DNA of 64,000 nt, taken from Candidatus Aenigmatarchaeota archaeon. GTDB taxonomy: Archaea; Aenigmatarchaeota; Aenigmatarchaeia; Aenigmatarchaeales; Aenigmatarchaeaceae. Shown here piece by piece: positions 37,274 to 48,700 of this stretch (its first letter is position 1; the number at the start of each line of letters is the position of its first letter). The stretch is taken from NCBI GenBank assembly GCA_043814985.1, contig JBDRJK010000011.1, forward strand, positions 26,778 through 90,777, in the 5' to 3' direction. The notes below the pieces were generated by a model. The model made no database searches. It was not told the DNA's origin and worked only from the letters and a program-made list of their open reading frames with translations. The position numbers and the translations under genes were made by a program.

Positions 37274-38218
37274 TCATTCTAGAAATTCCACAAAGTCAAC
37301 TTTCCCATCATTGTTCATATCAAGACCATCGACAACCCTGGCATAGTGTTTCTTGTTGTAAGAATTACCTGAACATAATTCGTCAAACTTCAACAAAAAA
37401 GCCAATAAAGCAGCCTTTGTTCCTTTGTATCTCCTTCCACTGACAACCAGTATGCTCTTCTTCTTGTCATAGGGATTCTTTATCTTGACAATTATGCCGT
37501 AGCTTTCGTCAGAATAAGACTTCTTTGATATCTCTGAATAGAAGCTGTCAAAGTAATTGTCCTTGTACTTTACTTTTCCGAACTTTATTGGCAGCTTGGA
37601 ATTGATCTTGGCTGTTATGGAATTGACAGAAGGGCCTCCAATGAGAATCAGATTGTTCTTCAAATCCTCTTTGCTTAATTCTGTATCAAATCTGACACAA
37701 TCACCAGGAACGTAATTCAAGAAAGTCCCGAAAAACAAGGCCAAGTTGGTTGCATAGACACCATCATGACCTCTTTCCTTTGTGGGGCCATGTGGCTCAG
37801 GGCTTCCTATTACAATAGTGGCATTGAACTTGCCGTTTTGGATGAACGGTTCTAGGAACTTTTCATGCTCCTGCTTCATTTCAAAGAACTTTGATGACGG
37901 CTGCAAGGGCTTTAGGACCAAGACAAGAGCAGGGTCTGTTATTGAATAATACTTGGTTATTGCCCCCTGCCTCCTCTCCTCTCTAATTACTTTGATTAGA
38001 TTGGACTTTTCCAGATTCCTTATGTGGTAGTATATCTTCTGTTCGTGCATTTTCAATTTCTTACCCATTTCCTTGGGATAGTAGGGCTTCTCAGCTAACA
38101 AACCTAATATTTTCCATGCAAGAGGAGAAAGCGCAACTTTCAATTCATCGGGTTTCAGTATCCTTGCAGGCAAACTTGTTGGTTTCCCGTTTTTCTCCTC
38201 AACTATCCACGTCATCAT
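37274..38218 (-). CDS. ArsR-type HTH regulator with C-terminal NLILIGGP domain
   Basis: YYPKEMGKKLKMHEQKIYYHIRNLEK; IVIGSPEPHG; NLILIGGPSVN. Confidence 0.8.
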   Translation of the reverse strand: MMTWIVEEKNGKPTSLPARILKPDELKVALSPLAWKILGLLAEKPYYPKEMGKKLKMHEQKIYYHIRNLEKSNLIKVIREERRQGAITKYYSITDPALVLVLKPLQPSSKFFEMKQEHEKFLEPFIQNGKFNATIVIGSPEPHGPTKERGHDGVYATNLALFFGTFLNYVPGDCVRFDTELSKEDLKNNLILIGGPSVNSITAKINSKLPIKFGKVKYKDNYFDSFYSEISKKSYSDESYGIIVKIKNPYDKKKSILVVSGRRYKGTKAALLAFLLKFDELCSGNSYNKKHYARVVDGLDMNNDGKVDFVEFLE

Positions 38219-38307
38219 ACCACTATAAAATATTTTTTAATACTATTATAATATTTTTAATAACACTTATATTTAAAATTTTCTATATTTTATTTATCGA
38301 TTCAGAA

Positions 38308-38374
38308 AAAAAGCAGGGGAGATAAAACCCCAAGGGGCTTCCGATAATAAAATAAGCGTCTCCCTCTGCTTTTT
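38308..38374. repeat. Intergenic inverted repeat / stem-loop
   Basis: AAAAAGCAGGGGAGA ... TCTCCCTCTGCTTTTT (15 bp, one bulge). Confidence 0.7.
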
Positions 38375-38629
38375 ATGGTTATTAACATGAGTGAAAAAAA
38401 TATTCGAAGAGTATATCCTAGTAAATTTAGAGGTCCAATTCCATCTAGTGCTTATCTTCATGAATGTTGCAGTGGTTGTCCGTATGTGAATGATATGAGT
38501 TCTGAGTTAAGTGGTTTTGAAAGGTTTGACAAATGCTCTGAATGTATACCCAAATTAGACGAAGCCTATAGTGGACGCAAGCCCTTTGAATTCAACACAG
38601 AAACATTAGAAATAACAATAATAAAATAA
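38375..38629 (+). CDS. Small Cys-containing hypothetical protein
   Basis: CCSGCP...CSEC; AT-rich. Confidence 0.45.
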   Translation: MVINMSEKNIRRVYPSKFRGPIPSSAYLHECCSGCPYVNDMSSELSGFERFDKCSECIPKLDEAYSGRKPFEFNTETLEITIIK

Positions 38630-38676
38630 AAAATAATATAGAAAAAACTAAACATCTAATTCTTACTTTAGGTTCT

Positions 38677-39063
38677 CTATCTTCTTAGCTTTGCGCCTAT
38701 GAAGCCGCCAATCAGTCCTAAGACCAAACCCACTAGAGCCATTTGTGGTAATGCATACCAAGGATTTGCAGTTAAGGAACCAAGTATTCCTCCTATTAGG
38801 TCGTTTAGCCAGCCACCTAAAGGAATTCCCAAGACTGGTACTAAACCACCAATTGTACCACCAATTATGCCACCGACCAAGCCTGCCATTAGACCATGAA
38901 TTGCTCCCTTAAATGGTGTTGCACCGCGTCCCATGTAGATACCTGCAATCAAAGCGCCTATTGCTATTGCGTATATTGCAAAGTCTGCTAAGAACCATGC
39001 AATCACAATAGCAACGATTATGTAGACCAAAGAACCTATTAACAATTTTTTCATGTAGGTCAT
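38677..39063 (-). CDS. Gly-rich membrane protein
   Basis: GGTGA SD; GxxxG-rich TM helices. Confidence 0.7.
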   Translation of the reverse strand: MTYMKKLLIGSLVYIIVAIVIAWFLADFAIYAIAIGALIAGIYMGRGATPFKGAIHGLMAGLVGGIIGGTIGGLVPVLGIPLGGWLNDLIGGILGSLTANPWYALPQMALVGLVLGLIGGFIGAKLRR

Positions 39064-39109
39064 AATTTCACCTTTTCTTAAGATGAATAACCTCAAATAT
39101 AAAGTTTAC

Positions 39110-40411
39110 TTAAACGGTTTCTGCGAACAAATAGGAATAACCAGCTTTTATGACCCTGATTCTCAAGAATTTGCCAAGAGCACCAGTCTCTTCTATTAGA
39201 ACTGGTTTGTAGGCAAAGTTCCTACCAATCCACTGGTTCTCCCCCTTACCTTTCTTTGAGAACAGGACCTCTCCCTCCCAGCCAACCCACTTCCTGTTAT
39301 TCTCCAGGGTTATCTCTCTTGAAAGCTTTGAGAGAACAGCGCTCCTCTTAATAACAATGTTGGGGTCTAGCTGTTCCATTTTTGAGGCTGGAGTGTTCGG
39401 CCTTGTCCCGTATTTTGACACATTAACCCAGTCAGGCCTCATTCTTTTTACTAATTCAAGGGTGTTGTTGAACTGCTCCTCAGTCTCTCCAGGGAAGCCG
39501 ACAATCACATCAGTCCACACTTGGCATCTTAGGTTATCCCTGAATTCTTTGACAATGCTCTCAAATTGTCCTATATAATATGCTCTATTCATCCTTCTCA
39601 GCACCTCATTGTCTCCTGACTGGACAGGCAGGTGCAGGAAGTTGTATATCTTGTCGCTCCTGTAGGCTTGGATCAAGTCTGGAAGAATTAGAAGAACATT
39701 GTTGGGGTTCATCATGCCTATTCTCACTAGGAACTTTCCAGGAATTCTTGATATGTCCTTCATGAGTTCTGGCAGCTTTCCATTGCCATACGAGGCATTG
39801 TCCTGCGAGGTTATCCATATCTCCTTGCAGCCCTGGTTAACAGAATCCGAAACTTCTTTCAGTATTTTTTCCTTTGGATAAGAGAACAAATTCCCTTTGG
39901 CTATCCTGACGCAACAGTAGTTGCAATTGGAATTGCAACCACTTGAGATTGGCACTATGCCTATTACTGGATTCTTTCTTGTCTTGGGCAAACATAACTT
40001 CACTTCATCTGACTTTCCCAAGAACTCAATTTTTCTTCCTTCCAAAGTCTTCTTGACAGCTTCAACAATCTTCTTGACATGATGTGTGCTTACTAAGCTG
40101 GCATTGGGAGCAATCTTAACAAGTTTCCAGTAAATTCCCTCAGGCATGCACCCGGATATAATCAATTTCTTTTCAGGATAATTCTTTTGCAGTTCACCTA
40201 ATCTGTATATTATTTTTTGTTCTGTTGTGTTTTTGACATAACAAGTAACAAGAATTGTCAAATCAGCTGCTTTCTCGTTTTCAACAATCCTGAAGCCAGC
40301 CTCTTCCAACAACCCTGAAATTATCTCTGATTCGTTTTGGGATGCAGAACAGCCGTAGGATTCAATGTAGATATTCACTTTAAGAATTATTTCTCCAAAA
40401 CTTATATTCAT
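39110..40411 (-). CDS. MiaB-like tRNA methylthiotransferase (archaeal MtaB type)
   Basis: ESYGCSAS, GCNSNCNYC radical-SAM motif, HLPVQSG, DVIVGFPGET, TRAM tail. Confidence 0.9.
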   Translation of the reverse strand: MNISFGEIILKVNIYIESYGCSASQNESEIISGLLEEAGFRIVENEKAADLTILVTCYVKNTTEQKIIYRLGELQKNYPEKKLIISGCMPEGIYWKLVKIAPNASLVSTHHVKKIVEAVKKTLEGRKIEFLGKSDEVKLCLPKTRKNPVIGIVPISSGCNSNCNYCCVRIAKGNLFSYPKEKILKEVSDSVNQGCKEIWITSQDNASYGNGKLPELMKDISRIPGKFLVRIGMMNPNNVLLILPDLIQAYRSDKIYNFLHLPVQSGDNEVLRRMNRAYYIGQFESIVKEFRDNLRCQVWTDVIVGFPGETEEQFNNTLELVKRMRPDWVNVSKYGTRPNTPASKMEQLDPNIVIKRSAVLSKLSREITLENNRKWVGWEGEVLFSKKGKGENQWIGRNFAYKPVLIEETGALGKFLRIRVIKAGYSYLFAETV

Positions 40412-40806
40412 TCTCCGATAACTGATACCACGACTTCCCTCTCCCTCTCCCCTGTGTCAAAGTTGGCAACCATTATCTCCTGCCAGGTCCCAAGAAGCAT
40501 TTTGCCGTTTTTCACAGGAACATTTTGGCTGTTTCCTATCAAGCTGGACCTTATATGGGAACGAGCGTTCTCAGTATGGTGATATATCTGATACTTCCCA
40601 GCTATTTTTTCCAGGCTGTTTTTCAGGTCTTCCAGAAGCATTGGATCATCCTCGTTTATCAACAAGCCACTTGTGGCTCCAACAGAGAACATAACACAGA
40701 TACCGTTTTTTATTTTTGATTTTCTAACAATGCTTTCAACCTTTCCGGTTATGTTTGAGAAACCCTCTGATTTAACTTTCACCTTTATTGTGTCCGTGTA
40801 GGTCAT
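40408..40806 (-). CDS. YjbQ/UPF0047 family protein
   Basis: LLINE, NARSHIRSSLIG, LGTWQEI. Confidence 0.9.
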   Translation of the reverse strand: MTYTDTIKVKVKSEGFSNITGKVESIVRKSKIKNGICVMFSVGATSGLLINEDDPMLLEDLKNSLEKIAGKYQIYHHTENARSHIRSSLIGNSQNVPVKNGKMLLGTWQEIMVANFDTGEREREVVVSVIGE

Positions 40807-40837
40807 ATAATTAAATTCGTTGGAGAATTATAAAAGA

Positions 40838-41509
40838 CTACTTTTCAACAAACTTGGCGTCCTTTATTTCATAAACTCCAGAGTTATCTTTCCATACTTT
40901 CTCTGCCTTTGTTATTTCCAATTTTTTTGAGAATAAAGGACAGTCAAGAACAAAAGTTTCAAACTCCCCTCCCTCGCCAACTATGCTGATGTTGTGTTTC
41001 TTTTCCAATTTCAATAAATCCTTTATGCAGGCATCGTCTATTTTTCTTCCCAGCCAGCTCTCGTCAAAACCGTCAGCAGCAACAGCAGTTATTATTATTT
41101 CAAAACCATTTTTGAGCATTTCCCTCAGGAGCTTTTCAGGGTTCATTCCCCACAGAGGTGCCAATAGTTTCAACTTAAGCTCCTTGCAAACCTTCTCAAC
41201 CCTGTCCCTCTGATACTTGCTTGCGATTGCCCCGCAGACAACACCCTCAGCATCAAGATTTTTTAGCAGTATCTCCAAGTCCCTAACCTCCTGCTCTTTT
41301 ATTCCCAAAGATTCCTTGGAAACCATCTGAATTCCCATAAGCCTTGACTGCATTAGTGTTAATCCAATGTTAGGCGTGTGGTACATGTAGCTGTCAGGAT
41401 TCTTGGAATGGATGGTTGCCGCATACTTTACTTCATGATCATCTTGTTTTGCCTTGTAAATGGCGTATATCGAGTCTTTTCCACCGGAAACCAAGGCTAT
41501 CAATTTCAT
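40838..41509 (-). CDS. dph6: Diphthine-ammonia ligase family PP-loop ATPase
   Basis: LVSGGKDS, DSYMYH, GAIASKYQ, GEGGEFETFVLDCP. Confidence 0.88.
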   Translation of the reverse strand: MKLIALVSGGKDSIYAIYKAKQDDHEVKYAATIHSKNPDSYMYHTPNIGLTLMQSRLMGIQMVSKESLGIKEQEVRDLEILLKNLDAEGVVCGAIASKYQRDRVEKVCKELKLKLLAPLWGMNPEKLLREMLKNGFEIIITAVAADGFDESWLGRKIDDACIKDLLKLEKKHNISIVGEGGEFETFVLDCPLFSKKLEITKAEKVWKDNSGVYEIKDAKFVEK

Positions 41510-41574
41510 TTTAATCAACTAAATAACTTATAAATACTTTATTTATTATTATTTATAATCAACGAGGAATTCTT

Positions 41575-42117
41575 ATGGCGTTTCATATAAAAATCGAAAA
41601 TGTTGTTGCTTCATCTTCTTTGAATGTTCCCATAAAGCTCGAAAAGCTTGTTGCTAGTCTTGATAATATTGAATACGAGCCAGAACAGTTTCCTGGTCTG
41701 GTGTTGAGATTAAAACAACCAAAGGCAGCTGCTTTGATTTTTTCTTCGGGTAAAATTGTTTGCACAGGTGCCAAGTCTCCGAAAGAGGCAAAAATAGCTA
41801 TATCAAAGATAGTCAGGAAAATGAACAAGATTGGCTTAAAGATACCCAAGAACCACAAGGTAAGGCTAGAGAACATTGTTGCATCTGCGAAACTGGACAG
41901 AGAATTGAACCTGAACAATATTGCTTTTACTTTGGAAAACACTGAATACGAACCAGAGCAGTTTCCTGGCCTGGTTTATAGAATGGACGACCCGAGGGTC
42001 ACTTTTCTTCTTTTTGGTAGTGGCAAAATTATTTGTACTGGCGGAAGAAGTGTAGCAGATGTGAAGAGAGCAGTTGCAAAGGCAGACAAACGATTAAGAA
42101 GATTAAAGAAGAAGTGA
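41575..42117 (+). CDS. tbp: TATA-box binding protein
   Basis: Two ENxVAS...YEPEQFPGL...F.SGK..CTG repeats. Confidence 0.98.
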   Translation: MAFHIKIENVVASSSLNVPIKLEKLVASLDNIEYEPEQFPGLVLRLKQPKAAALIFSSGKIVCTGAKSPKEAKIAISKIVRKMNKIGLKIPKNHKVRLENIVASAKLDRELNLNNIAFTLENTEYEPEQFPGLVYRMDDPRVTFLLFGSGKIICTGGRSVADVKRAVAKADKRLRRLKKK

Positions 42118-42122
42118 TTTTT

Positions 42123-44126
42123 ATGGACGTGGAAAAGTTTGAAGAGTTTTTTAGCCAATACTATGAAAAAGATTTGCTAGCGGCAGCTGCAAAAGGAGAC
42201 AAGGCAATAACTGTTGACTTCGAGCTTCTTGACAAGTTTGACCCTGAACTGGCTGACAAGCTGATTAACGAGCCTGAAGAGGTTCTTGGTTATGCGAGAG
42301 ATGCCATATCGAACATTGATTTGCCTGAGGGAAGCGTGGAAATAGAACCGAGATTCAATAACATTCCCAAAGAGTTCAACATAAGGATAAGGAATTTAAG
42401 ATCCAAACACATAGGAAAGTTTGTTTCTCTTGACGGTGTTGTTAGAAGGGCTTCTGAGGTAAAGCCAGAAATTTCTGTTGCTATTTTTGAGTGCCCTTTG
42501 TGTCAGGAAAGGATTGAAGTAAAACAGGCAGAAAGGGCAATAAAGCCGCCTACAAGATGCACCAATTTGGAGTGCAGGGTAAAGACCGGTTTTGTTGAGG
42601 TCGATAAGAAATTGTTTGATGCCAGGTGGATTTTTATAGAGGAGCCTTTTGAGATCGTTAGTGGTGAGAGACCAGGAGAAGTTTCTGTTTATCTTAAGAA
42701 CGATTTGACAAGTCCCAGGATGCAGAGGAAAACTGATCCTGGAAACAGGCTCAGAGTCAATGGTGTTCTCAAGGAAATAAGAAGAGTAGCCAAGGGAAGG
42801 GGAAAGATACAAATGGATATTTATGTTGATGCGAATTATGTCGAGCCTACAGAGATGGAGTGGGAGGAAGTCATAATATCTCCTGAGGACGAGGCAAGGA
42901 TAAAAGGTTTGGCAGCTGACCCTGATGTCTATGATAAAATAGTTGCTTCGATTGCTCCATCAATATATGGAATGGATGAGATCAAGAAGGCAGTGATGTT
43001 TCAATTGTTCGGAGGAGTTCAACACATACTTCCTGACAGAACCAAGATAAGAGGAGACATTCATGTTTTGCTTATTGGTGACCCTTCAACAGGAAAGAGT
43101 CAGTTGCTAAAATTAATAGCATCAATAATTCCAAGAGGAAAGTATGTCGGTGGCAGTGGAGCAACTGCTGCTGGTCTGACAGCTACAGTTGTCAAGGACG
43201 AGGAATTTCTGGGAGGCTGGGTTCTTGAGGCAGGTGCAATGGTTCTGGCAAACAAGGGCGTTTTGGCCATTGACGAATTCGACAAGATGTCCAAGGATGA
43301 CCAGATTGCAATGCATGAGGCACTTGAACAGCAGACTGTTTCAGTAGCAAAAGCTTCTATTGTTGCCACGCTGCCTGCGCAGGTTTCTGTTCTGGCAGGT
43401 TCAAACCCCAAGTTCTTCAGGTTCGATCCGTACAAGTCTGTTGCTGAACAGGTGGATATACCTGACACATTGCTGGCCAGGTTTGACTTGAAATTTGCTT
43501 TGAAGGATGTTCCGGACAAGGAAAGGGACAACAAATTGGCAACCCATATTCTGGAGACAAGGCTTGAGCCAAACAGGGTCAAGCCTCTGATAGAGCCCGA
43601 GTTCCTGAGAAAGTATATTGCATACTGTAGGAAGAACTCCAAGCCCAAGATGACAAGGGAGGCTGCCGAGAGGCTGAAGAATTTCTATCTTGACATGAGG
43701 GGCATGTATACTGGAGAGGACACAATAGCAATTACTTTAAGACAGAACGAAGGTCTGATGAGACTGTCAGAGGCGGCAGCCAAGATAAGGCTGTCAGAAA
43801 AGGTGGAAGCCAAGGATGCTGAGAGAGCGATCAGCGTGATGAAGTTCTCAATACAGCAACTAGGCTATGATTACGAGACAGGTAAAATTGATATTGATAG
43901 AACAGATGGCGTTCCCGCATCGCAGAGAAGCAAGATACACACTATCTTGGATATAATTGACATGCTTGAGAAGAAGCTCGGCAAGCCTGTTGCAAAGGAG
44001 GAGATAATAACAACAGCAGAGGAACAAGGTATTAAAGTTTCAGATACAGAAGATTTATTGAGAAGATTGAAAACAGAAGGCTCTATATTCGAGCCAAGAA
44101 TAAATTATGTTGAGAGGATAAGATAA
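42123..44126 (+). CDS. mcm: MCM replicative helicase (no intein)
   Basis: GDPSTGKSQ, IDEFDKM, HEALEQQ, Zn finger; starts at ATG 42123. Confidence 0.97.
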   Translation: MDVEKFEEFFSQYYEKDLLAAAAKGDKAITVDFELLDKFDPELADKLINEPEEVLGYARDAISNIDLPEGSVEIEPRFNNIPKEFNIRIRNLRSKHIGKFVSLDGVVRRASEVKPEISVAIFECPLCQERIEVKQAERAIKPPTRCTNLECRVKTGFVEVDKKLFDARWIFIEEPFEIVSGERPGEVSVYLKNDLTSPRMQRKTDPGNRLRVNGVLKEIRRVAKGRGKIQMDIYVDANYVEPTEMEWEEVIISPEDEARIKGLAADPDVYDKIVASIAPSIYGMDEIKKAVMFQLFGGVQHILPDRTKIRGDIHVLLIGDPSTGKSQLLKLIASIIPRGKYVGGSGATAAGLTATVVKDEEFLGGWVLEAGAMVLANKGVLAIDEFDKMSKDDQIAMHEALEQQTVSVAKASIVATLPAQVSVLAGSNPKFFRFDPYKSVAEQVDIPDTLLARFDLKFALKDVPDKERDNKLATHILETRLEPNRVKPLIEPEFLRKYIAYCRKNSKPKMTREAAERLKNFYLDMRGMYTGEDTIAITLRQNEGLMRLSEAAAKIRLSEKVEAKDAERAISVMKFSIQQLGYDYETGKIDIDRTDGVPASQRSKIHTILDIIDMLEKKLGKPVAKEEIITTAEEQGIKVSDTEDLLRRLKTEGSIFEPRINYVERIR

Positions 44127-44127
44127 C

Positions 44128-44874
44128 ATGGATATCAAAAGATTAACAGCAAAAAAAGCTTCTGCAAAGGAAATAGTTGACGGCAAGTTTGTGAAGAGGG
44201 AAGGCTTCCAGAGCAGTTATGTTCTTACCAATTTAGGAAGAAGGCTCTCAAGGGTCAGGGTTGTGGGCGTGATAGTTAACAGGTTCATAAGCGATGACGA
44301 GAAATATGCCACAGTTACTCTGGACGATTCCACGCAGACAATCAGATGCAAGGTTTTTGTCAACACCAAGATACTTGATGGCTTTGGCCCTGGGGATTTT
44401 GTAGATGTTTTCGGAAAGCTCAGGGAGTACAACGGGGAGGTTTACATGATGCCCGAGATATTGAGAAAGGCTGATGCTAATCTGGAAACATTAAGGATGT
44501 TGGAGATGGAGAAGATTTTCAGGGAGCAAAAGGAAAAAATAAAGAAAATCCAAGAGCTCCAAAATCAGACTTCTGACTTGAAAGAATTGAGGTCATTGGT
44601 CAAAGACTCGATGACCCTGGAAGATTTGGAAGGAATTCTTGAGGCCCAGGAAATGATTGAGGACATTGTCGAGGAAAAGACTGTTACATCCACTGAAATA
44701 AAGGGCAAGATACTTAAGTTAATAGAAAAGCTAGACGAGGGAAAGGGAGCTGACTACCAGGACATCCTGAAAAAATCAGGATTCTCCGAGAACGAGGTCG
44801 ACTTTGCAATCCAGGACCTGCTGGAAACAGGCGTTTGCTACGAGCCAACTCCTGGCAAGATAAGGAAGTTGTGA
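44128..44874 (+). CDS. RPA32-like OB-fold + wHTH protein
   Basis: RVRVVGVIV, LDDST..I, VDVFGKLREY, G.CYEP.PG. Confidence 0.8.
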   Translation: MDIKRLTAKKASAKEIVDGKFVKREGFQSSYVLTNLGRRLSRVRVVGVIVNRFISDDEKYATVTLDDSTQTIRCKVFVNTKILDGFGPGDFVDVFGKLREYNGEVYMMPEILRKADANLETLRMLEMEKIFREQKEKIKKIQELQNQTSDLKELRSLVKDSMTLEDLEGILEAQEMIEDIVEEKTVTSTEIKGKILKLIEKLDEGKGADYQDILKKSGFSENEVDFAIQDLLETGVCYEPTPGKIRKL

Positions 44875-44875
44875 T

Positions 44876-45283
44876 ATGGATTATGAAAAACTATTGAATA
44901 AAGCTTATGAGAATCTTCCTAAGGTCGAGGAGACAACAGAGAGGTTTGAGGTCCCTGAAGTTGACAGCATGATCCAGGGAAGGCAGACAATAATAAAGAA
45001 CTTCTCCCAGATATGCGAGGCCCTGAGAAGGGAGCCCAAGCATGTAATAAAATTCTTGACAAAGGAACTGGCAACGCCAGCAGGCTTTGACGGTGTCAGG
45101 GCAACATTCCAGTCAAAGCTTCCGGGAAGGATGATACAGACCAAGCTCGGAGTCTATGTCAGGGACTATGTCATATGCAAGGAGTGCGGGAAGCCCGACA
45201 CAAAACTAGTCAAAGAGGACAGGTTAACTTTCTTGAGATGTGAGGCATGTGGAGCCAAGGCCTCTCTCAAGTCAATAAAGTGA
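44876..45283 (+). CDS. eif2b: Translation initiation factor aIF-2 beta
   Basis: ERFEVP, TIIKNF, YVICKECGKPDT, CEACGA. Confidence 0.96.
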   Translation: MDYEKLLNKAYENLPKVEETTERFEVPEVDSMIQGRQTIIKNFSQICEALRREPKHVIKFLTKELATPAGFDGVRATFQSKLPGRMIQTKLGVYVRDYVICKECGKPDTKLVKEDRLTFLRCEACGAKASLKSIK

Positions 45284-45287
45284 AGCA

Positions 45288-45683
45288 ATGAAAGGCCAAT
45301 TTTTCGTGATGGCTACTGTGATAATGATACTCACTCTTATGGCTCTTATTCGCTACTTCTACGATTTTTCAGATATCAATCTTCCAAGACTCAAGGAAGT
45401 GAGCGAGCTTAATTACATACCTTTCGTTAAAGAGACTTTAATTGATACTATCAACTCTTATAACGGAAACTGCAACAAGCTCCAGGACGATTTAACTTTC
45501 ACAAAAGACTTTCTGGAAAGCAGGATGATTGGAAGAGGAATGAATCTTAACATAGACTATCAATTATTCTGCATTCCACCAAATCCTCCAGATGCTGATT
45601 TCAATTTCACCATAACCACGTCGAATCTTTACACGGAAACAGTTTTCTTATTTTCAGACGAAATGCCACCGCCACCACCATAG
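45288..45683 (+). CDS. Pilin-like protein (class III signal peptide)
   Basis: MKG/QFFVMAT followed by a hydrophobic helix. Confidence 0.65.
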   Translation: MKGQFFVMATVIMILTLMALIRYFYDFSDINLPRLKEVSELNYIPFVKETLIDTINSYNGNCNKLQDDLTFTKDFLESRMIGRGMNLNIDYQLFCIPPNPPDADFNFTITTSNLYTETVFLFSDEMPPPPP

Positions 45684-45718
45684 TTAAGCATATTTTAAAC
45701 CAGAATAAATATTATATT

Positions 45719-48700
45719 ATGCGAGGCGTATCCGTTATCATAGCTACTGTACTAGTTCTGATGATATCGGCTTCTCTAGTCACTCTCGGCTATACATTTT
45801 TCACAGAAATCAGCGATGAAGCCACAGATGTTGCTCGAAAGACAACAGAAAAAAGATTTTCTGCTATTGGAGCTGACATGGTAGTTGAGTCTGTGTCAGG
45901 CAGAAATATCTATGTTAGAAACACTGGAAGGACCAACCTTACTGCGTTTAGCGTTTATGTTAATGAGTTACCTGTATCCTTTTCAATTGATAAAGAGACA
46001 CTGCAGCCAGGCGAGACAGCAACCATTACATTGAATGCTGATCCTGTTGGCCTGATAGAGGTTTACTCGGCACAGGGCGGTCCAGCAGACTATTATATTC
46101 CAGGTCCAGGAGTATGCGGTGATAGTATTCTTGACATCTTGGAAGACTGTGATCCTCCAGGATCAGACAGTAGTGAATGCTCTTGCTCAGGCATTGACGG
46201 CTGTAATGGAGATGATTATTATGATTATCCGCCATTCGGGGACTGTACAGCCTTGTGCGAGTGTGACACTGGACCAGGTTCAGGGGAGCCTTGCGAACCA
46301 ACCATAACTTATGACGACCCCGGTTGTCTCGGTCCTTGTGATATAGATGGTACAGCCTGCGATACAGGGAGCCAATGCTGTAATGGTATGTGCGTGGAAG
46401 GAATCTGCGGGCCCTGTGTTTCTGGTACAAACTGTGGAGAAAGATGTAGTGACGGCTCTTATGATTTTGATGACATAATTAACCCACATACTTGTGAAGG
46501 TTCCACAAACGATGCCTGTAATGTTCTATTAGGAGTAGGAGAGGGTGACTGTGATTGTGATGCAAACTGTCAACAGCCTGGTTTAATCTGTGATGAAATA
46601 CCTGGTACTGATTATTGTGTTGTATCAGGAGGAGGCGGTTTAATTGGCTTCTGGAATTTTGATGGAAATACCTTGGATAGCTCTGGTAATGGAAACGATG
46701 GGACAAATAACGGGGCAAGCTGGGTTAGTGGTATATCTGGTCAGGCTCTTGATTTTAATAACTTAGAAGGCGACTATGTTAATGTTGACGATTCTCCTAG
46801 CTTAGATGTAGACTATATAACATTATCAACATGGATATACGTCAATCAATATTTGAATGATCAAAGAATTGTTTCAAGAGAATACGGAACAACCGAACCT
46901 TACAATATATACTCATTAATACTTTCAGGAACTGGTGAGAGGAAGCTTCAGTTCAGAATTGCTCGAGACGGCCAAGCGACAAGAGATATTATAACAAGCG
47001 ATGCTGATATCCCATTGAATACGTGGACTCATGTCGCTGCAACATACGACGGGAGCACTGCTGTTGTTTACATAAACGGAGACCCTAATAAAACCATTTT
47101 AGGTTTGCCAGGAACTATCATAGATAGCGACAGACCAGTTCTCATAGGTTCAAGTGAATTCTATACACCGAGATTTTTCGACGGAATTATTGACGAGGTT
47201 GAAATTTGGGACAGGGCATTAACTCCAGCAGAAATACAAGCAGAATACCAGCAATATGCACCTTCTGGTCTAATTGGTTTCTGGGGTTTGGACGGTGATG
47301 CTACTGATAGTACTCCAAATAATAATGACGGAACAGAAGTTAACATTGATTCTAGTGATTGGAAAACAGGAGCAGATTGTGTATCAGGAGGTTGCTTAGA
47401 ATTAAATGGAGTGGATGAATACATTAATATACCAAGCATAGTTCCGGACCCTTCACAAGGTACATTTGAGGCATGGTTTAAACCGAATAATTTGCATGCA
47501 GGTATGATACTTTATGTTGGCCAATCAGGAGGAAATGGTCTGGGCGGCGAGCAAGAACTCCATATAAACGCTTGGAGTAGTGGAGCAGTGAATGGTTATT
47601 ATGGAGGTGGTGTATTACTAGAATTAGAGGCTGGTTCATATAATGTTGGTGGATGGAATCATATTGCATATACCTATAACAACAATGGTGCATGTGAGTT
47701 ATACTTAAATGGTGCTCCAATTGGTAGTGGAACACTCTCTGGGACAGTACAGACGAATTTATGGGAGGTTTCAACAAAGATAGGCAGACCATCTGCAAAT
47801 GAACGATATTTCAATGGATTATTGGATGAGGTTAAAGTTTGGAACAGAGTATTAACTCCAGCAGAAGTTCAGCAAGAATATATAGATAATGTACCAAGCA
47901 TGGGAGGTGAGATAGGCTTCTGGAAGTTTGATGATGGCTCTGGTACAATTGCTACTGACAGCTCTGGCAACGGTGATGATGGGACATTGAGAAATATGGA
48001 GGCTGGTGACTGGAAATCAGGAGCAGATTGTGTGTCCGGAGGTTGTTTGGAGTTTGACGGAGTGAATGAATATGTTGAAGCTGATGTTAGTGGTTTTGAT
48101 TATATGAACGGAACTCTTGCGATGCTGATAAAACCAGCAGTTGATTCTAACCAATTTAGTAATCAAGCAAGATTTTATGGTGATTCAAGTGGGAGATTCA
48201 AGTTTTTTATCAATGGAGTTGAGGATAAACTATATTTCGATAACAATGGTATTTTGTGTGGTACATTACAGCTTTCGTCTTCTATTCTGGGTTGGAGCAA
48301 GGACGAATGGCATCATGTTGCGGTTGTGTGGGGCGAGCCAGAAAACACCATAAGCAAGTTATATATCGATGGGATTGATGTGACTAATTATGTCGAAACT
48401 GGTTTATGTGGAGATACACAGACATCCAACCATAGCATTGGCTCGAACTTTGGAGGAGCTTATCCTTTCAACGGAACAATTGACGAAGTCAAGATTTGGA
48501 ATAGAAAATTAACCCCGGTAGAAATTCAACAGGAAAACCAGACATATGATACAGGTGGTCCTGGTGGTTTGGGTACAGTCGGTTTCTGGAAGTTTGATGA
48601 GGGTTTTGCGAGAGATGATGACAACGAACGTGATGATTATGCGACTGGTGATTCATGGGATGATGGTGTAAACAAATGGCTTGTTGTAGACACTAATGAT

